NCBI GenBank assembly: GCA_963826785.1
Contig: CAWGYD010000006.1
Location: 800,001 to 864,000, forward strand
Direction of reading: 5' to 3'
From: an uncultured delta proteobacterium
Lineage (GTDB): Bacteria > Desulfobacterota > Desulfobacteria > Desulfobacterales > Desulfosalsimonadaceae
Length of the DNA stretch: 64,000 nt
The position numbers and the translations under genes were made by a program. Within the stretch, counting starts at the first letter, position 1. The number at the start of each line of letters is the position of its first letter. Positions 21,590 through 31,221 of this stretch are shown piece after piece. The notes beneath the pieces were generated by a model. The model did no database searches, was not told where the DNA came from, and saw only the letters and a program-made list of their open reading frames with translations.

Positions 21590-22420
21590 TCAATCAGGGC
21601 GGTGATGCCATAAATGGTGCAGAAGCGGGCCGGAGCCGTGGCCCACGCTTGCATCTCTGGCCATGGCGATCAATTTTGACGTAAATTTTACGGATGCTGA
21701 AAACGCCGGCGCCGGATCCAGCCCCTGGGCCAGGTACGAGGAGAAGGCCGAAGCGAATGTACATCCGGTACCGTGGGTGTTCAGGGTGGCAAAGCGCTCG
21801 TGTGTCTCGGTTGTGGTTTCCATCCGGCCGCCGGACCTGAACAGCAAAATGTCGGTCACCCGTTTGGCGTCGGCATCATCATGGCCGCCTTTCAATACGA
21901 TTCCGGCCAGATTTTCAAACCGTTTCATCAATTCAATCCCTGCCGCCCGAAGATCTTCGGGGGGGCGGCCATAGAGGATTTCCAGTTCAAACAGGTTGGG
22001 GGTGATATAGTTCGACCGGGGGATAATTTTGCGCTTCAATGCCTCCACCGCCGCCTCGTCAATGAGCCGGCAGCCGGTGGTGGAAACCATCACCGGGTCG
22101 CATACCACGGTGCGCTGTTCCAGCCACGGGGCAATGGCATCACAGATCCCGGCATCGGGGATCATGCCCAGCTTGATCACATCCACCCGGATATCGGTGA
22201 GCACCGCTTCCAGCTGCTGCGTGACAAAATCGGCCGGCACCGTCATCACGCCGGTCACTTCCCGGGTGTTCTGGGCGGTGAGCGCCGTGATCACCGCCGC
22301 ACCGTAAGCGCCGGTGGCGGCAATCGTTTTCAGGTCCGCCTGAATGCCCGCCCCGCCGGAAGGATCGGAACCGGCAATGGTAAGCACCGTGGGAATCGTT
22401 TTGGATTGGGGTGTGCGCAT
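21590..22420 (-). CDS. thiD: Hydroxymethylpyrimidine/phosphomethylpyrimidine kinase
   Basis: IAGSDPSGGAGIQADLK, TAQNT, DPVM, TPNLFE, KGGH, HGTGCT. Confidence 0.95.
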   Translation of the reverse strand: MRTPQSKTIPTVLTIAGSDPSGGAGIQADLKTIAATGAYGAAVITALTAQNTREVTGVMTVPADFVTQQLEAVLTDIRVDVIKLGMIPDAGICDAIAPWLEQRTVVCDPVMVSTTGCRLIDEAAVEALKRKIIPRSNYITPNLFELEILYGRPPEDLRAAGIELMKRFENLAGIVLKGGHDDADAKRVTDILLFRSGGRMETTTETHERFATLNTHGTGCTFASAFSSYLAQGLDPAPAFSASVKFTSKLIAMARDASVGHGSGPLLHHLWHHRPD

Positions 22421-22465
22421 CGGGCTTTCTCCGATTGACAATTTTTAAGAACGATACGTTCTGCA

Positions 22466-22517
22466 GTCAATTGTGAATTGTGAATTGCCAATTGCCGATT
22501 GTCAATTGACAATTGAC
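22466..22517. repeat. Intergenic 7-nt-period repeat (nnAATTG)
   Basis: gtcaattg tgaattg tgaattg ccaattg ccgattg tcaattg acaattg ac. Confidence 0.75.
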
Positions 22518-22558
22518 AGTCATCAGGATCTGGCCCGGAAAGGATAGTGCGGGAAATT

Positions 22559-22586
22559 CGGCGGGGGAGAGGCATCTCCCCCGCCG
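22559..22586 (-). terminator. GC-rich hairpin, probable terminator of the FMN glutamate synthase gene
   Basis: cggcgggggaga-ggca-tctcccccgccg perfect 12-bp stem about 30 nt after the stop codon. Confidence 0.7.
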
Positions 22587-22616
22587 TTCATCAGAGAGAA
22601 AGGAAGTAAATGTTAA

Positions 22617-24270
22617 TTATGCATTCAGGATCTTTTTGGCCACTTCGTCATTGACGTCCGATACGTGGGGGATGCCGGTTTCGGCGGCGGTTTCGCGGTT
22701 TCCGGCAAACAGGTCCGTACGGGCGATCTGGTTTAAGGCGAACTTGCGCGCGCCGGCCATGAGCTGCTGCAGGCCGCAGGAGAGCTTGTCCGCCAGGGTG
22801 CAGAAGGCGATGGCGCCATAGGGGATGTTCTTCATCTCCTTCTTGCCCACCTTCTTCTGGACGTCAAAATAACCGGCGAAGATCTCTTCGGCGCTGTTGC
22901 CGAAATCCGTAACCGTCTTGGGCAGCTTGTCCCAGTTTCCGGCCAGCTTTTCCCGGCGTTCGGGATGGAGCGCCCCTTCGATGTTGGAGCCCAGGAAGCC
23001 CGGGATCATGATGGCGCGTCCCATGCAGATCAGTTTGGTGTAGGGTGCGCCCAGGGCCAGGGCCTTGAAGATGTGGTCTTCCAGGGCAAACCCGCCGGCA
23101 AAGGACATGTCCACCACTCTTTGGCCCTTGGCCGCCAGGATGGAGGCATATTCATACGCTTTGGAATGCAGGTTGATGGAGGGAACGCCCCAGCTCTGCA
23201 TCATGTTCCAGGGGCTCATGCCGGTGCCGCCGCCGGAACCGTCGATGGTCAGCAGGTCGCAGTCCGGCCTCGGAGGCGAACTTGATGGCCATGGCCAGCT
23301 CTTCCATGCCGTAGGAACCGGTCTTCAAGGTGATCCGCTTGAATCCGATCTTGCGCAGGTAATCCACGCTGTTCATGAAATCCTCGCGAACCTTGGCCGC
23401 CGTATCCAGGTTGGTGCCGCCCAGCCGGCTGTGGCGGGCAAAGGAGCGGATCGCGCCTTCCTTGAACGCTTCCTGGACTTCCGGGCGGGTGGGGTCCGGG
23501 TCGACCACGTAGCCGCGGTCCTTGAGGAACAGGGCGTAATCGAGGCTGGTCACCTGGATTTCACCGCCGATGTCCTTGGCGCCCTGGCCCCATTTCAGCT
23601 CGATGATGCACTTGTCGCCGTATTTGTCCACCACGAACTCGGCAACGCCGTTTCGGGTGTCTTCCACGTTGAGCTGGACAATGATGGCGCCGTAGCCGTC
23701 ATAGTAGCGCAGGTAGCCGTCGATGCGCCGTTCCAGTTCCGGTGCGCTCTTGATTTTGCCCTTGCGGTTTTTGCCGGTTCCGATCTTGGATTCCCGGTCA
23801 ACCCCCACCACATTTTCACCGATGACCACCGGGATGCCGGACAGAGCGCCGCCGATGGCAAATGAATCCCAGTATTTGGCCGCAATAAAGGTGGAACCCA
23901 GCGCGCCGGTCATCAACGGGATGCGGGCCTTGGTCTTGACCTCATTTCCGAATTCGGTCTCCAGGCTGACGTTGGGGAAGATGCAGTCGTCCGCATCGTT
24001 GCTCAACCCCTTGGACAGGCCGTTGGCACCATACGCATATCCCTGGATCCGCAGGGAGTTGTAGGAAACCCCCACGTGGGTGGTATTGTTGGCGCCGGCG
24101 GTCACGGTGCCGAAGTCCCGGGGATAAAGGAGTTTGCGGCCAACCACGCTCGACAGCCAGGTCTCGCATTTGCCCATGCAGTCGGCCCGGCACAGGGTGC
24201 ACAGGCTCGATTCGGCCGGATTGCCGCGGTTGGTGGTGCCCAGAACATCGTTGTTTTTTTGAAAGCGCAT
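22617..24270 (-). CDS. Stand-alone FMN-binding glutamate synthase family protein (one indel near 23262)
   Basis: N-terminal CTLCRADCMGKC, IELKWGQGAKDIGGE, LKTG, (L)TIDGSGGGTGMSPW after frame correction, AGG...KALALGA. Confidence 0.88.
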
Positions 24271-24352
24271 GATGATTTCTCCTTTTGTCTGCTGTTGAGT
24301 TGTTGCTATTTATTGTTATTCAAATGACTTGCCTAAAACCTTCAAGCGGGCA

Positions 24353-24435
24353 TAAAAAAACGCCTCTTCTCCCCGGTGGGAGACAGAGACGTCCTTGTCT
24401 TTGTCAGTTTAACTTACACACCATTGTATAAGTTA
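24353..24435 (-). promoter_or_regulatory. ANTAR-target dual-hexaloop RNA overlapping an intrinsic terminator
   Basis: Minus strand: P1 aacttatac-AATGGT-gtgtaagtt; short linker; P2 agac-AAGGAC-gtct. The 3' part of P2 is the 5' arm of terminator acgtctct..ctccc-acc-gggga-gaagaggcg-TTTTTTT. Confidence 0.88.
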
Positions 24436-24693
24436 ACTATGACTAATTAGACAGCGCGATGCGGGAAGTCAAGAAATTTTTAATGAATATCGAAGCCGTG
24501 TGCTATAGGGAAGTAAGCGAAAAAGCGGTCGAGTGTTGCGGGATTTGGATATAAGCGAGAAACGGTTTGCGAAAATCCTTGATACGTTCAGGAGCAGATG
24601 TTATAAGCATATGCTCAAAAATGTGAAAAGGTTTACATCTCGATCAGGTAAAACGGATTGTATCCGATATGAATTTAGATAAAAGGAGGCGGC

Positions 24694-25578
24694 ATGCAGG
24701 TATCCCAGTTGGTGAAGGCAAAAGGCGGAAAACCGATCATCTCGTTTGAGTTTTTTCGGGCCAAAACGGAAAAAGGGGCTGAAAACCTCGAGAAAACACT
24801 CGATGTGCTGTGTGCGACCCCGCATGATTACATGACGGTGACCTTCGGGGCGGGCGGTTCCACCCGTGACGGCTCTTTCCAGCTCATCGACAAGATCAAA
24901 AAGGAAAGAGGGCGCGACGTGGTGGCCTACATCGCCGGCATCGGCCTTTCGCCGGATGAACTGATTTCGATTTTGGACCGGTTTAAGCAGCAGGGCATTG
25001 AAACCGTTTTTGTCATTCGGGGAGATGAGCCAAAGGATGACGCCGGATTCGCGCCGCATCCGGATGCCCTTTCCTATGCATCGGATTTGCTGACATTCAT
25101 CAAATCCCGGTATGATTTCTGCCTGGGCGCCGCGGGGTATCCCGAAGGGCACATCGAGGCCGTAAGCCGGGAAAAGGATATTGAATATGCGCTGTTGAAA
25201 GAAAAAAACGGTGCGGATTATATCGTTGCGCAGTATTTTTACGACAATCGGTTTTTCTATGATTATGTCGACCGCTGCCGGGCGGCGGGGGTGACCGTGC
25301 CGATTTTTCCCGGGATCATGCCGATTTATTCGGTGAAGATGCTGGAAATCCTGTCACGGGTCTGCGGTGCAACCATAACGGATGAGGTCCGGACCGGACT
25401 GGAGGCCGTTTCAAACGAAGGGAATGACGGCGTGGTTCAGTTTGGCATCGAACTGGCCACGAAACAATGCCGGGATCTGCTGAAGCACGGGGTGCCCGGT
25501 CTTCATTTTTATACCATGAATCGCGCCGGATCCGTCAGCACCGTTATCGCCACCCTGGAAAAGGAAGGGCTGCTGTAG
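24694..25578 (+). CDS. metF: Methylenetetrahydrofolate reductase
   Basis: SFEFF, VTFGAGGST, IRGD, GYPEGH, QYFYD, PGIMPI, HFYTMN. Confidence 0.95.
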   Translation: MQVSQLVKAKGGKPIISFEFFRAKTEKGAENLEKTLDVLCATPHDYMTVTFGAGGSTRDGSFQLIDKIKKERGRDVVAYIAGIGLSPDELISILDRFKQQGIETVFVIRGDEPKDDAGFAPHPDALSYASDLLTFIKSRYDFCLGAAGYPEGHIEAVSREKDIEYALLKEKNGADYIVAQYFYDNRFFYDYVDRCRAAGVTVPIFPGIMPIYSVKMLEILSRVCGATITDEVRTGLEAVSNEGNDGVVQFGIELATKQCRDLLKHGVPGLHFYTMNRAGSVSTVIATLEKEGLL

Positions 25579-25629
25579 GCTCGATTCCTCTGAGTGGCGG
25601 CGGCCGCAGCAGGAAGTGATGATGAGGAT

Positions 25630-26343
25630 TCAGTAGAGGTCTTCGGACAATAAAATGGCTTCGGCAACCTGGCGCATGGATTTTCGGGAATCCATGCTCT
25701 TTTTCTGCAGCCAGCGGAAGGCTTCTTCGGCGGAGAGATTCATTCGCCTCATGATCACTTCCTTGCTCCGCTCCACCAGCTTGCGGGTTTCCAGTTCTTC
25801 CTGGATCACTTTTGTTTTTACGATCAGTTCGGAGTTGAAGATCGCCACGGCCGCCTGATTTGCCACCGTGGTAATCAGATTCACCTCGTTTTCGGAAAAA
25901 TCATGGTACTCGGAAGTAAAACAGTTTAGAACCCCCATCACTTTTTCATCGCGAAGGGTCAAGGGCACGCTGGCCAAGGATTTCAGGCCCAGCTTCTGGG
26001 CCATTTCCTTTTCCTTGAATTTGGGCTCCTTCAATACATCGGCGATGATCAGGGGCTGCCGGTGGCCGACCACGTACCCCACCACCCCCTCATTGACCAG
26101 CAGAACCCGGTCTTTGACATATTCCGGATCGATGGCCTGGGTGGCTTTCAGGCGGATCTTGCGGGACCCGTTTCCCTCGTCCACCAGCCACAAAGAGCAG
26201 ATCTCCACTCCCGTGACCTTGGCCGTCACCATCACGATCAGCTTCAATATTTCTTCCAGGTACAGGTCGGAATTGATGGCACTGCTGATATCCATCAATG
26301 CCTTTATATATTTGTCGGTGCTTTCGGTCGGCATGGGGCTCAT
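25630..26343 (-). CDS. GAF-ANTAR RNA-binding antiterminator
   Basis: GAF (EGVVGYV, SLASVPL, GVLNCFT, ANQAAVAI) plus ANTAR (LETRKLVERSKEVIM...EEAFRWLQKKSMDSRKSMRQVAEAI). Confidence 0.95.
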   Translation of the reverse strand: MSPMPTESTDKYIKALMDISSAINSDLYLEEILKLIVMVTAKVTGVEICSLWLVDEGNGSRKIRLKATQAIDPEYVKDRVLLVNEGVVGYVVGHRQPLIIADVLKEPKFKEKEMAQKLGLKSLASVPLTLRDEKVMGVLNCFTSEYHDFSENEVNLITTVANQAAVAIFNSELIVKTKVIQEELETRKLVERSKEVIMRRMNLSAEEAFRWLQKKSMDSRKSMRQVAEAILLSEDLY

Positions 26344-26358
26344 TAAACTTTTAGCGTC

Positions 26359-28647
26359 TCAACTCGATTTAACGTAATCGTATACGCGGGGGTTGGTGCA
26401 GACCTCATAATAACATGCATCTGTCTGCCGCAGCACGCTCATGTCATCGGGGGCAACCTCGGGAACGGGCGCCTCCCGGATAACAATGCGCTGATAGTTG
26501 CCTGAGTTGGTGGGAAATTTTCCCGTGTACAGGATCAATTGATCCGGGCCGATGTCGGGGATTTTTCCCTCGATTCTTTTCAGGTGGATCTCTTTTCGGA
26601 GTTTTTCAAATCCTTCCGGCGCCAACTCAATTCCGTGCACATTGTACCGGATCAGGGGGGAATCGGACAGAAGCGGTGCATTCGGGTTATGGGCCGGTTT
26701 GAAGACATAAAGATTAAACGGCGGGGGATGATCCTGGAAGCGCTCCCGCAGGGATTTGTTGCACCCGGACAGCTGATCCGCCACGTTGATGGCCGGTGAT
26801 ATCATGATCCGGTTGTCTTCATCATAAAAGAAGGTGGGCGGCTTGCCGGTATATCCGATGCCGATGCCCAGATCCAGGTTGGGCAGGTTGTTCTGACTGT
26901 TCCGGCGGTTGTATTTCTTGACGATCATCAGGATGTTGATGGCCAGCCCGCAGGCTCGCGCCACGCTGTACCACTTCCCTGCCATGCCTTCGTATTCGAA
27001 TATGGCCAGGATGACCGCGTCCCCTTCGATGAAGACCTTGGCCGCGCCGTACTGGGACAGAATCTTGCTGATGGGGTCAAAAAAATTGAGGCTGAAATTC
27101 GATGCCGGATTCATGTCCTTGGCCTTCATCTGCTCCACGATATTCGTCGACCCCCGGATATCGGCCTTAATCACCACGTGATGAATGATCGACTGTTTGT
27201 CCGTGCCGGATTCATAGGAGAGGACAAATTCATACAGGGTATGATTCCCGCTGGACAGCTTGATGATCCGTTCATCGGTGACCAGGTTGATGCAGTCGCA
27301 GGCGTCCCGAATCATCTGGAAGTTCCGGATGTCCCGGTGATAGCGCGCGAAATCTTTCAAAAAACGGACCAGGTAGCGCTTCTGTGCATATCGCGGGGTA
27401 TGCTTGATCTGGTTGATGGTGCGGCGGAGCGGAGACAGGGGAAACGATTTTCCATAATATTTCTTGAAGCGGTGGAGTTTTCGAATGGTGTTTTTCCGGG
27501 CCTTGGGAAGCACCAGGTACTGCAGGCATTCCTGGGGGGAAAGCGGCGGGCAGTATCGATGATAAATGGACTGAATCTTATAAGCCGCCACGATCCCGTC
27601 GATCATGTTTTCTTTGACGATGTTTTTATAAAACTGATTCAGCAGCTGTTTCTGAACCTGGCAGCGTCTTTTCAGGGTGTGGATCTTCTCCTTGTCCGAA
27701 TGCCTTTTTTTCAGCTTTTTATAAATATCCAGCGTATGGTAGAAGTTAAAGAGCTTATCCACATTTTCCACATGCTTGATCCATCCGTCCACCTGGGCGT
27801 AAATGGGATTGACCAGCTGCCCCATCGGCTCCGGATCATCCTGGGGCATGGGTATGGGCTGGGCGGATGACGGATCCGACGTCTCCTGCCGGGTGTTCAG
27901 GTGCTTCAAAAACTGTGAAAATACATTGATCAGCGTATTGTAATTGACGGGATCCTCGATGCGGTGCCCCAGCAGGACATAATTTTCGATCAGGAAAAAT
28001 CCATCGGGGGCAATGGTGGACTGCAGGATGGGATTGGAAAAGAGTTCTTCGGGCAGCCTTGCAACTTCGCCGAAATTGGAAGTGCGCAATTCGCTCACCT
28101 CATGCTGAACCTCGATGAAGTACTGAAACAACTCGGCGCCCACCTTCTGCAAAATGCGATTTTTTCGCTGAATGATGCCGGAGAGCTCTTCCCGGAGCCG
28201 CATGGTGGCTTCCATCCGGTTTAATATTTCCTGCTTGCGGATGATGGTCTTGCAGTGCTGGATGACCTGCTCATACTGGTGGTGGACCTCTTCGGTGAGC
28301 ATTTTCACCATGGCGGTCTGGGCCAGAAAATCGATCTGCACTTCCCGCTGGGATTTGGCCTTGTCGATACCGTCTGTGAGAATTTCCGTGCACAGCCGCT
28401 TGAATACGGCAATCTCCTTGAACCAGTTGAAATCCGTGCTGAGGATAAAAGAAGGGGATGCGTCTGCGTATTTCAGGATCAGTTCAAATGTGATCAGGCC
28501 GGTGGTCTTGCGAAATTCGGGACTGATGAGCACGTCATAGCGGACATTGTCCACCCCCAGTTTCAGCCTGGAAAAGGGCAGATCCAGGTCATAGGATTTC
28601 AGTGGGAACAGCGAAATGTCCGTGTATGTCGCATTGAAATTAAACAT
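26359..28647 (-). CDS. Large soluble protein with C-terminal class III nucleotide-cyclase-like domain
   Basis: KADIRGST, FIEGDAVIL, LGIGIG, SPAINVADQL. N-terminal ~480 aa predicted helical and unrecognised. Confidence 0.65.
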   Translation of the reverse strand: MFNFNATYTDISLFPLKSYDLDLPFSRLKLGVDNVRYDVLISPEFRKTTGLITFELILKYADASPSFILSTDFNWFKEIAVFKRLCTEILTDGIDKAKSQREVQIDFLAQTAMVKMLTEEVHHQYEQVIQHCKTIIRKQEILNRMEATMRLREELSGIIQRKNRILQKVGAELFQYFIEVQHEVSELRTSNFGEVARLPEELFSNPILQSTIAPDGFFLIENYVLLGHRIEDPVNYNTLINVFSQFLKHLNTRQETSDPSSAQPIPMPQDDPEPMGQLVNPIYAQVDGWIKHVENVDKLFNFYHTLDIYKKLKKRHSDKEKIHTLKRRCQVQKQLLNQFYKNIVKENMIDGIVAAYKIQSIYHRYCPPLSPQECLQYLVLPKARKNTIRKLHRFKKYYGKSFPLSPLRRTINQIKHTPRYAQKRYLVRFLKDFARYHRDIRNFQMIRDACDCINLVTDERIIKLSSGNHTLYEFVLSYESGTDKQSIIHHVVIKADIRGSTNIVEQMKAKDMNPASNFSLNFFDPISKILSQYGAAKVFIEGDAVILAIFEYEGMAGKWYSVARACGLAINILMIVKKYNRRNSQNNLPNLDLGIGIGYTGKPPTFFYDEDNRIMISPAINVADQLSGCNKSLRERFQDHPPPFNLYVFKPAHNPNAPLLSDSPLIRYNVHGIELAPEGFEKLRKEIHLKRIEGKIPDIGPDQLILYTGKFPTNSGNYQRIVIREAPVPEVAPDDMSVLRQTDACYYEVCTNPRVYDYVKSS

Positions 28648-28705
28648 TAATGAAGCTGTCAGCCCTCAGCCGCTAACCGTTAACATGCAATTTTAAACGG
28701 GTCAT

Positions 28706-28752
28706 ATCATACATACCATACCCATACCCATACCCATGTTCATGTACATGAA
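28706..28752. repeat. Intergenic 6-nt-period repeat (CATACC/CATGnn)
   Basis: catacc catacc catacc catgtt catgta catgaa. A related cgtgca cgtgca run lies at 31160-31181. Confidence 0.6.
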
Positions 28753-28820
28753 AGAAGAATTTAAGTGAACAGATATCAATCACGTTCGCCAAAGCAATCG
28801 CTGGTGACCGACCGCTTGCC

Positions 28821-29609
28821 TCACGAGTACGTATGCTCGGGTGCGGGAAAGGTCCCTTTCTGCACCTCTGTGATGTAATCCCGGACGCCTTTGTCCGCGG
28901 CTTCCCGAAGGGAGGCAAAATTTTTGACGAATTTGGGGACGTGGCCGGTGTTGAGTCCCAGGCAGTCATGGAGCACCAGGACCTGGCCGTCGCATGCGGC
29001 CCCTGCGCCGATGCCGATGGTGGGTATGGAAAGGGCCGCCGTGATCCTTTCCGCAATATCGGCGGGGATGCCTTCCAGCACGACGGAAAACGCTCCCGCG
29101 GCCTGGACTTCCAGGGCGTCGGCCATCAGGCGGTCCTCATCCCGCTGGACCTTGTATCCCCCCATCTGGTGCACGGACTGGGGCAGCAGGCCGATGTGGG
29201 CCTGAACCGGAATCCCCACCTGGCACAGGGCCTTGATGACGGGGCTCACCGCCGCGCCCCCTTCCAGTTTCACCGCGGCAGCCCCCGCTTCCTTCAGGAA
29301 ACGGCCGGCGTTGGTGATGGCCTCGGGGATGGAGGCATGATAGGAAAGAAACGGCATATCGCCGACAACCATGGCATTTTTGGTGATGGCAGCCACAATG
29401 CGGGTGTGGTAAATCATTTCATCCATGGTGACGCCAAGCGTATTGGGCCGACCCTGGATCACCCCCCCCAGGGAATCGCCCACCAGCAGTACGTGAATGC
29501 CCGCTTCATCGGCAATCCTGGCGAAGGTATAATCATAGGCGGTCAGCGTGGCGATTTTTTCGCCCTGCTGCTTCATCTGTTGCAGTGTTTTTACGGTAAT
29601 TTGAGGCAT
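28821..29609 (-). CDS. panB: 3-methyl-2-oxobutanoate hydroxymethyltransferase
   Basis: [52 protein letters not shown]. Confidence 0.97.
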   Translation of the reverse strand: MPQITVKTLQQMKQQGEKIATLTAYDYTFARIADEAGIHVLLVGDSLGGVIQGRPNTLGVTMDEMIYHTRIVAAITKNAMVVGDMPFLSYHASIPEAITNAGRFLKEAGAAAVKLEGGAAVSPVIKALCQVGIPVQAHIGLLPQSVHQMGGYKVQRDEDRLMADALEVQAAGAFSVVLEGIPADIAERITAALSIPTIGIGAGAACDGQVLVLHDCLGLNTGHVPKFVKNFASLREAADKGVRDYITEVQKGTFPAPEHTYS

Positions 29610-29892
29610 AACGGCCTTCCTTTTTTTATTTTAACGGGCCGAACGGCTTTGCCGCCATCGGTTTTTCCGGCCGGGGTCCGGGATTTGATCGGTTTAAAAT
29701 GTTAATTAATACAACTAAATATGACGATGGCGGCCCCACCGGGCCGGAACATAAATTATTGACTAAATAACCGCTTTTCAATATAGATGATAAATTATGC
29801 TCGTGCCGATGAATAACTGCCCGGGAATATGCACATTATCATATTAAAAAGAATTATCGATTGCAAACCTTATTCCAGAGTACGCAAATATC

Positions 29893-31155
29893 ATGATACA
29901 ACTTGTTCGCGGATTTAAAGATATCCTGCCGGATGAAATTGAAATGTGGAAGCATATTGAACGGACCGCCATGGTCCTGTTCGAGGATTTCGGTTTCCGT
30001 CAGATTCGGCTGCCCCTGTTGGAAAAAACCGAGCTGTTTGCGCGCAGCATCGGGGAGCATACCGACATCGTGGAAAAGGAGATGTACACCTTTCCCGGCA
30101 GCCGGGACGAGATGCTGACCCTGCGCCCGGAAGCCACCGCCTCGGTGGTCCGCTCCTACATCCAGCAGAAACTGTATGCCGCCGACCCGGTCCGCAAACT
30201 CTATACCATCGGCCCCATGTTCAGAAAAGAGCGGCCCCAGAAAGGCCGATACCGCCAGTTCTATCAGATCAATGCCGAAGTGTTCGGGATCGATTCCCCC
30301 TATATGGACGCCCAGCTGATCGTGATGCTGACGACGTTTTTCGCAGAACTTTCGGTCGCCGGCCTGACAGTGCGGGTCAACTCCCTGGGCTGCCCGGACT
30401 GTCGGCCGCAGTTCAAAGAGGCCCTCACCGATTTTCTGGCGCAAAGGTCTGCCGCGCTCTGCACCGATTGCGTCCGGCGCATGAGCACCAACCCCATGCG
30501 GGTGCTGGACTGCAAGGTGCCTTCCTGCAAAGAGGCCATTGCAGGCGCTCCATCCATGATCGATTATCTCTGCGGCGCGTGCGCCGCTCATTTTGAGACG
30601 GTAAAATCCGCACTTCAAAACCAGAAGGTGGATTTCACGGTGGACGCAAAGCTGGTGCGGGGGCTCGATTATTATACCCGGACCGCCTTTGAAATTCAAA
30701 CGGACGCGTTGGGCGCCCAGAACGCGATTGCCGGCGGGGGACGGTATGACGGCCTGGTGGAGGCGCTGGGCGGTCCTGCCCAGCCGGCGGTGGGATTTGC
30801 CATCGGCATGGACCGGCTGGTGGACCTGATGAAACTCAAGCAGCCCGCCGTTCCCCTTTGCCCGGAACTGTTCATCGCCTCCCTGGGAGAAGCGGCCCGG
30901 GAAAAAGCATTTGCATGGTCCTGTGAACTTGGACGGGCCGGTGTGAAAACGGAGATCGATTTTTCCGACCGGAGCTTGAAAGCCATGATGAAGCGTGCGG
31001 ATCGGGTCGGGGCGGCCTATGTGCTCATCGCCGGGGACCAGGAACTGGCCGATGGGGCGGTGCAGCTGAGGGACATGGCCACCAAAGCCCAGACGGCGAT
31101 TGGCCTGGGTGAGGTGGTTGAACGGGTGAAGGCGGTCATCGGAAGTAAGGTTTAA
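29893..31155 (+). CDS. hisS: Histidine--tRNA ligase
   Basis: RGFKD, DIVEKEMYTF, LRPEATA, ERPQKGRYRQFYQ, LVRGLDYY, GGGRYD. Confidence 0.98.
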   Translation: MIQLVRGFKDILPDEIEMWKHIERTAMVLFEDFGFRQIRLPLLEKTELFARSIGEHTDIVEKEMYTFPGSRDEMLTLRPEATASVVRSYIQQKLYAADPVRKLYTIGPMFRKERPQKGRYRQFYQINAEVFGIDSPYMDAQLIVMLTTFFAELSVAGLTVRVNSLGCPDCRPQFKEALTDFLAQRSAALCTDCVRRMSTNPMRVLDCKVPSCKEAIAGAPSMIDYLCGACAAHFETVKSALQNQKVDFTVDAKLVRGLDYYTRTAFEIQTDALGAQNAIAGGGRYDGLVEALGGPAQPAVGFAIGMDRLVDLMKLKQPAVPLCPELFIASLGEAAREKAFAWSCELGRAGVKTEIDFSDRSLKAMMKRADRVGAAYVLIAGDQELADGAVQLRDMATKAQTAIGLGEVVERVKAVIGSKV

Positions 31156-31221
31156 CTTTTCATGAACGTGCACGTGCACGAAAAAATTATACGCGCTTTT
31201 ATCAGGTAAAGGAGAATCAAG

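Noticed and set aside
22421..22616. TPP riboswitch upstream of thiD
   Set aside because: No TPP aptamer core (CUGAGA...) is visible; the region holds a 7-nt repeat and a terminator hairpin.
24480..24693. SAM/SAH riboswitch or SahR box upstream of metF
   Set aside because: No recognisable riboswitch core, and only weak partial palindromes.
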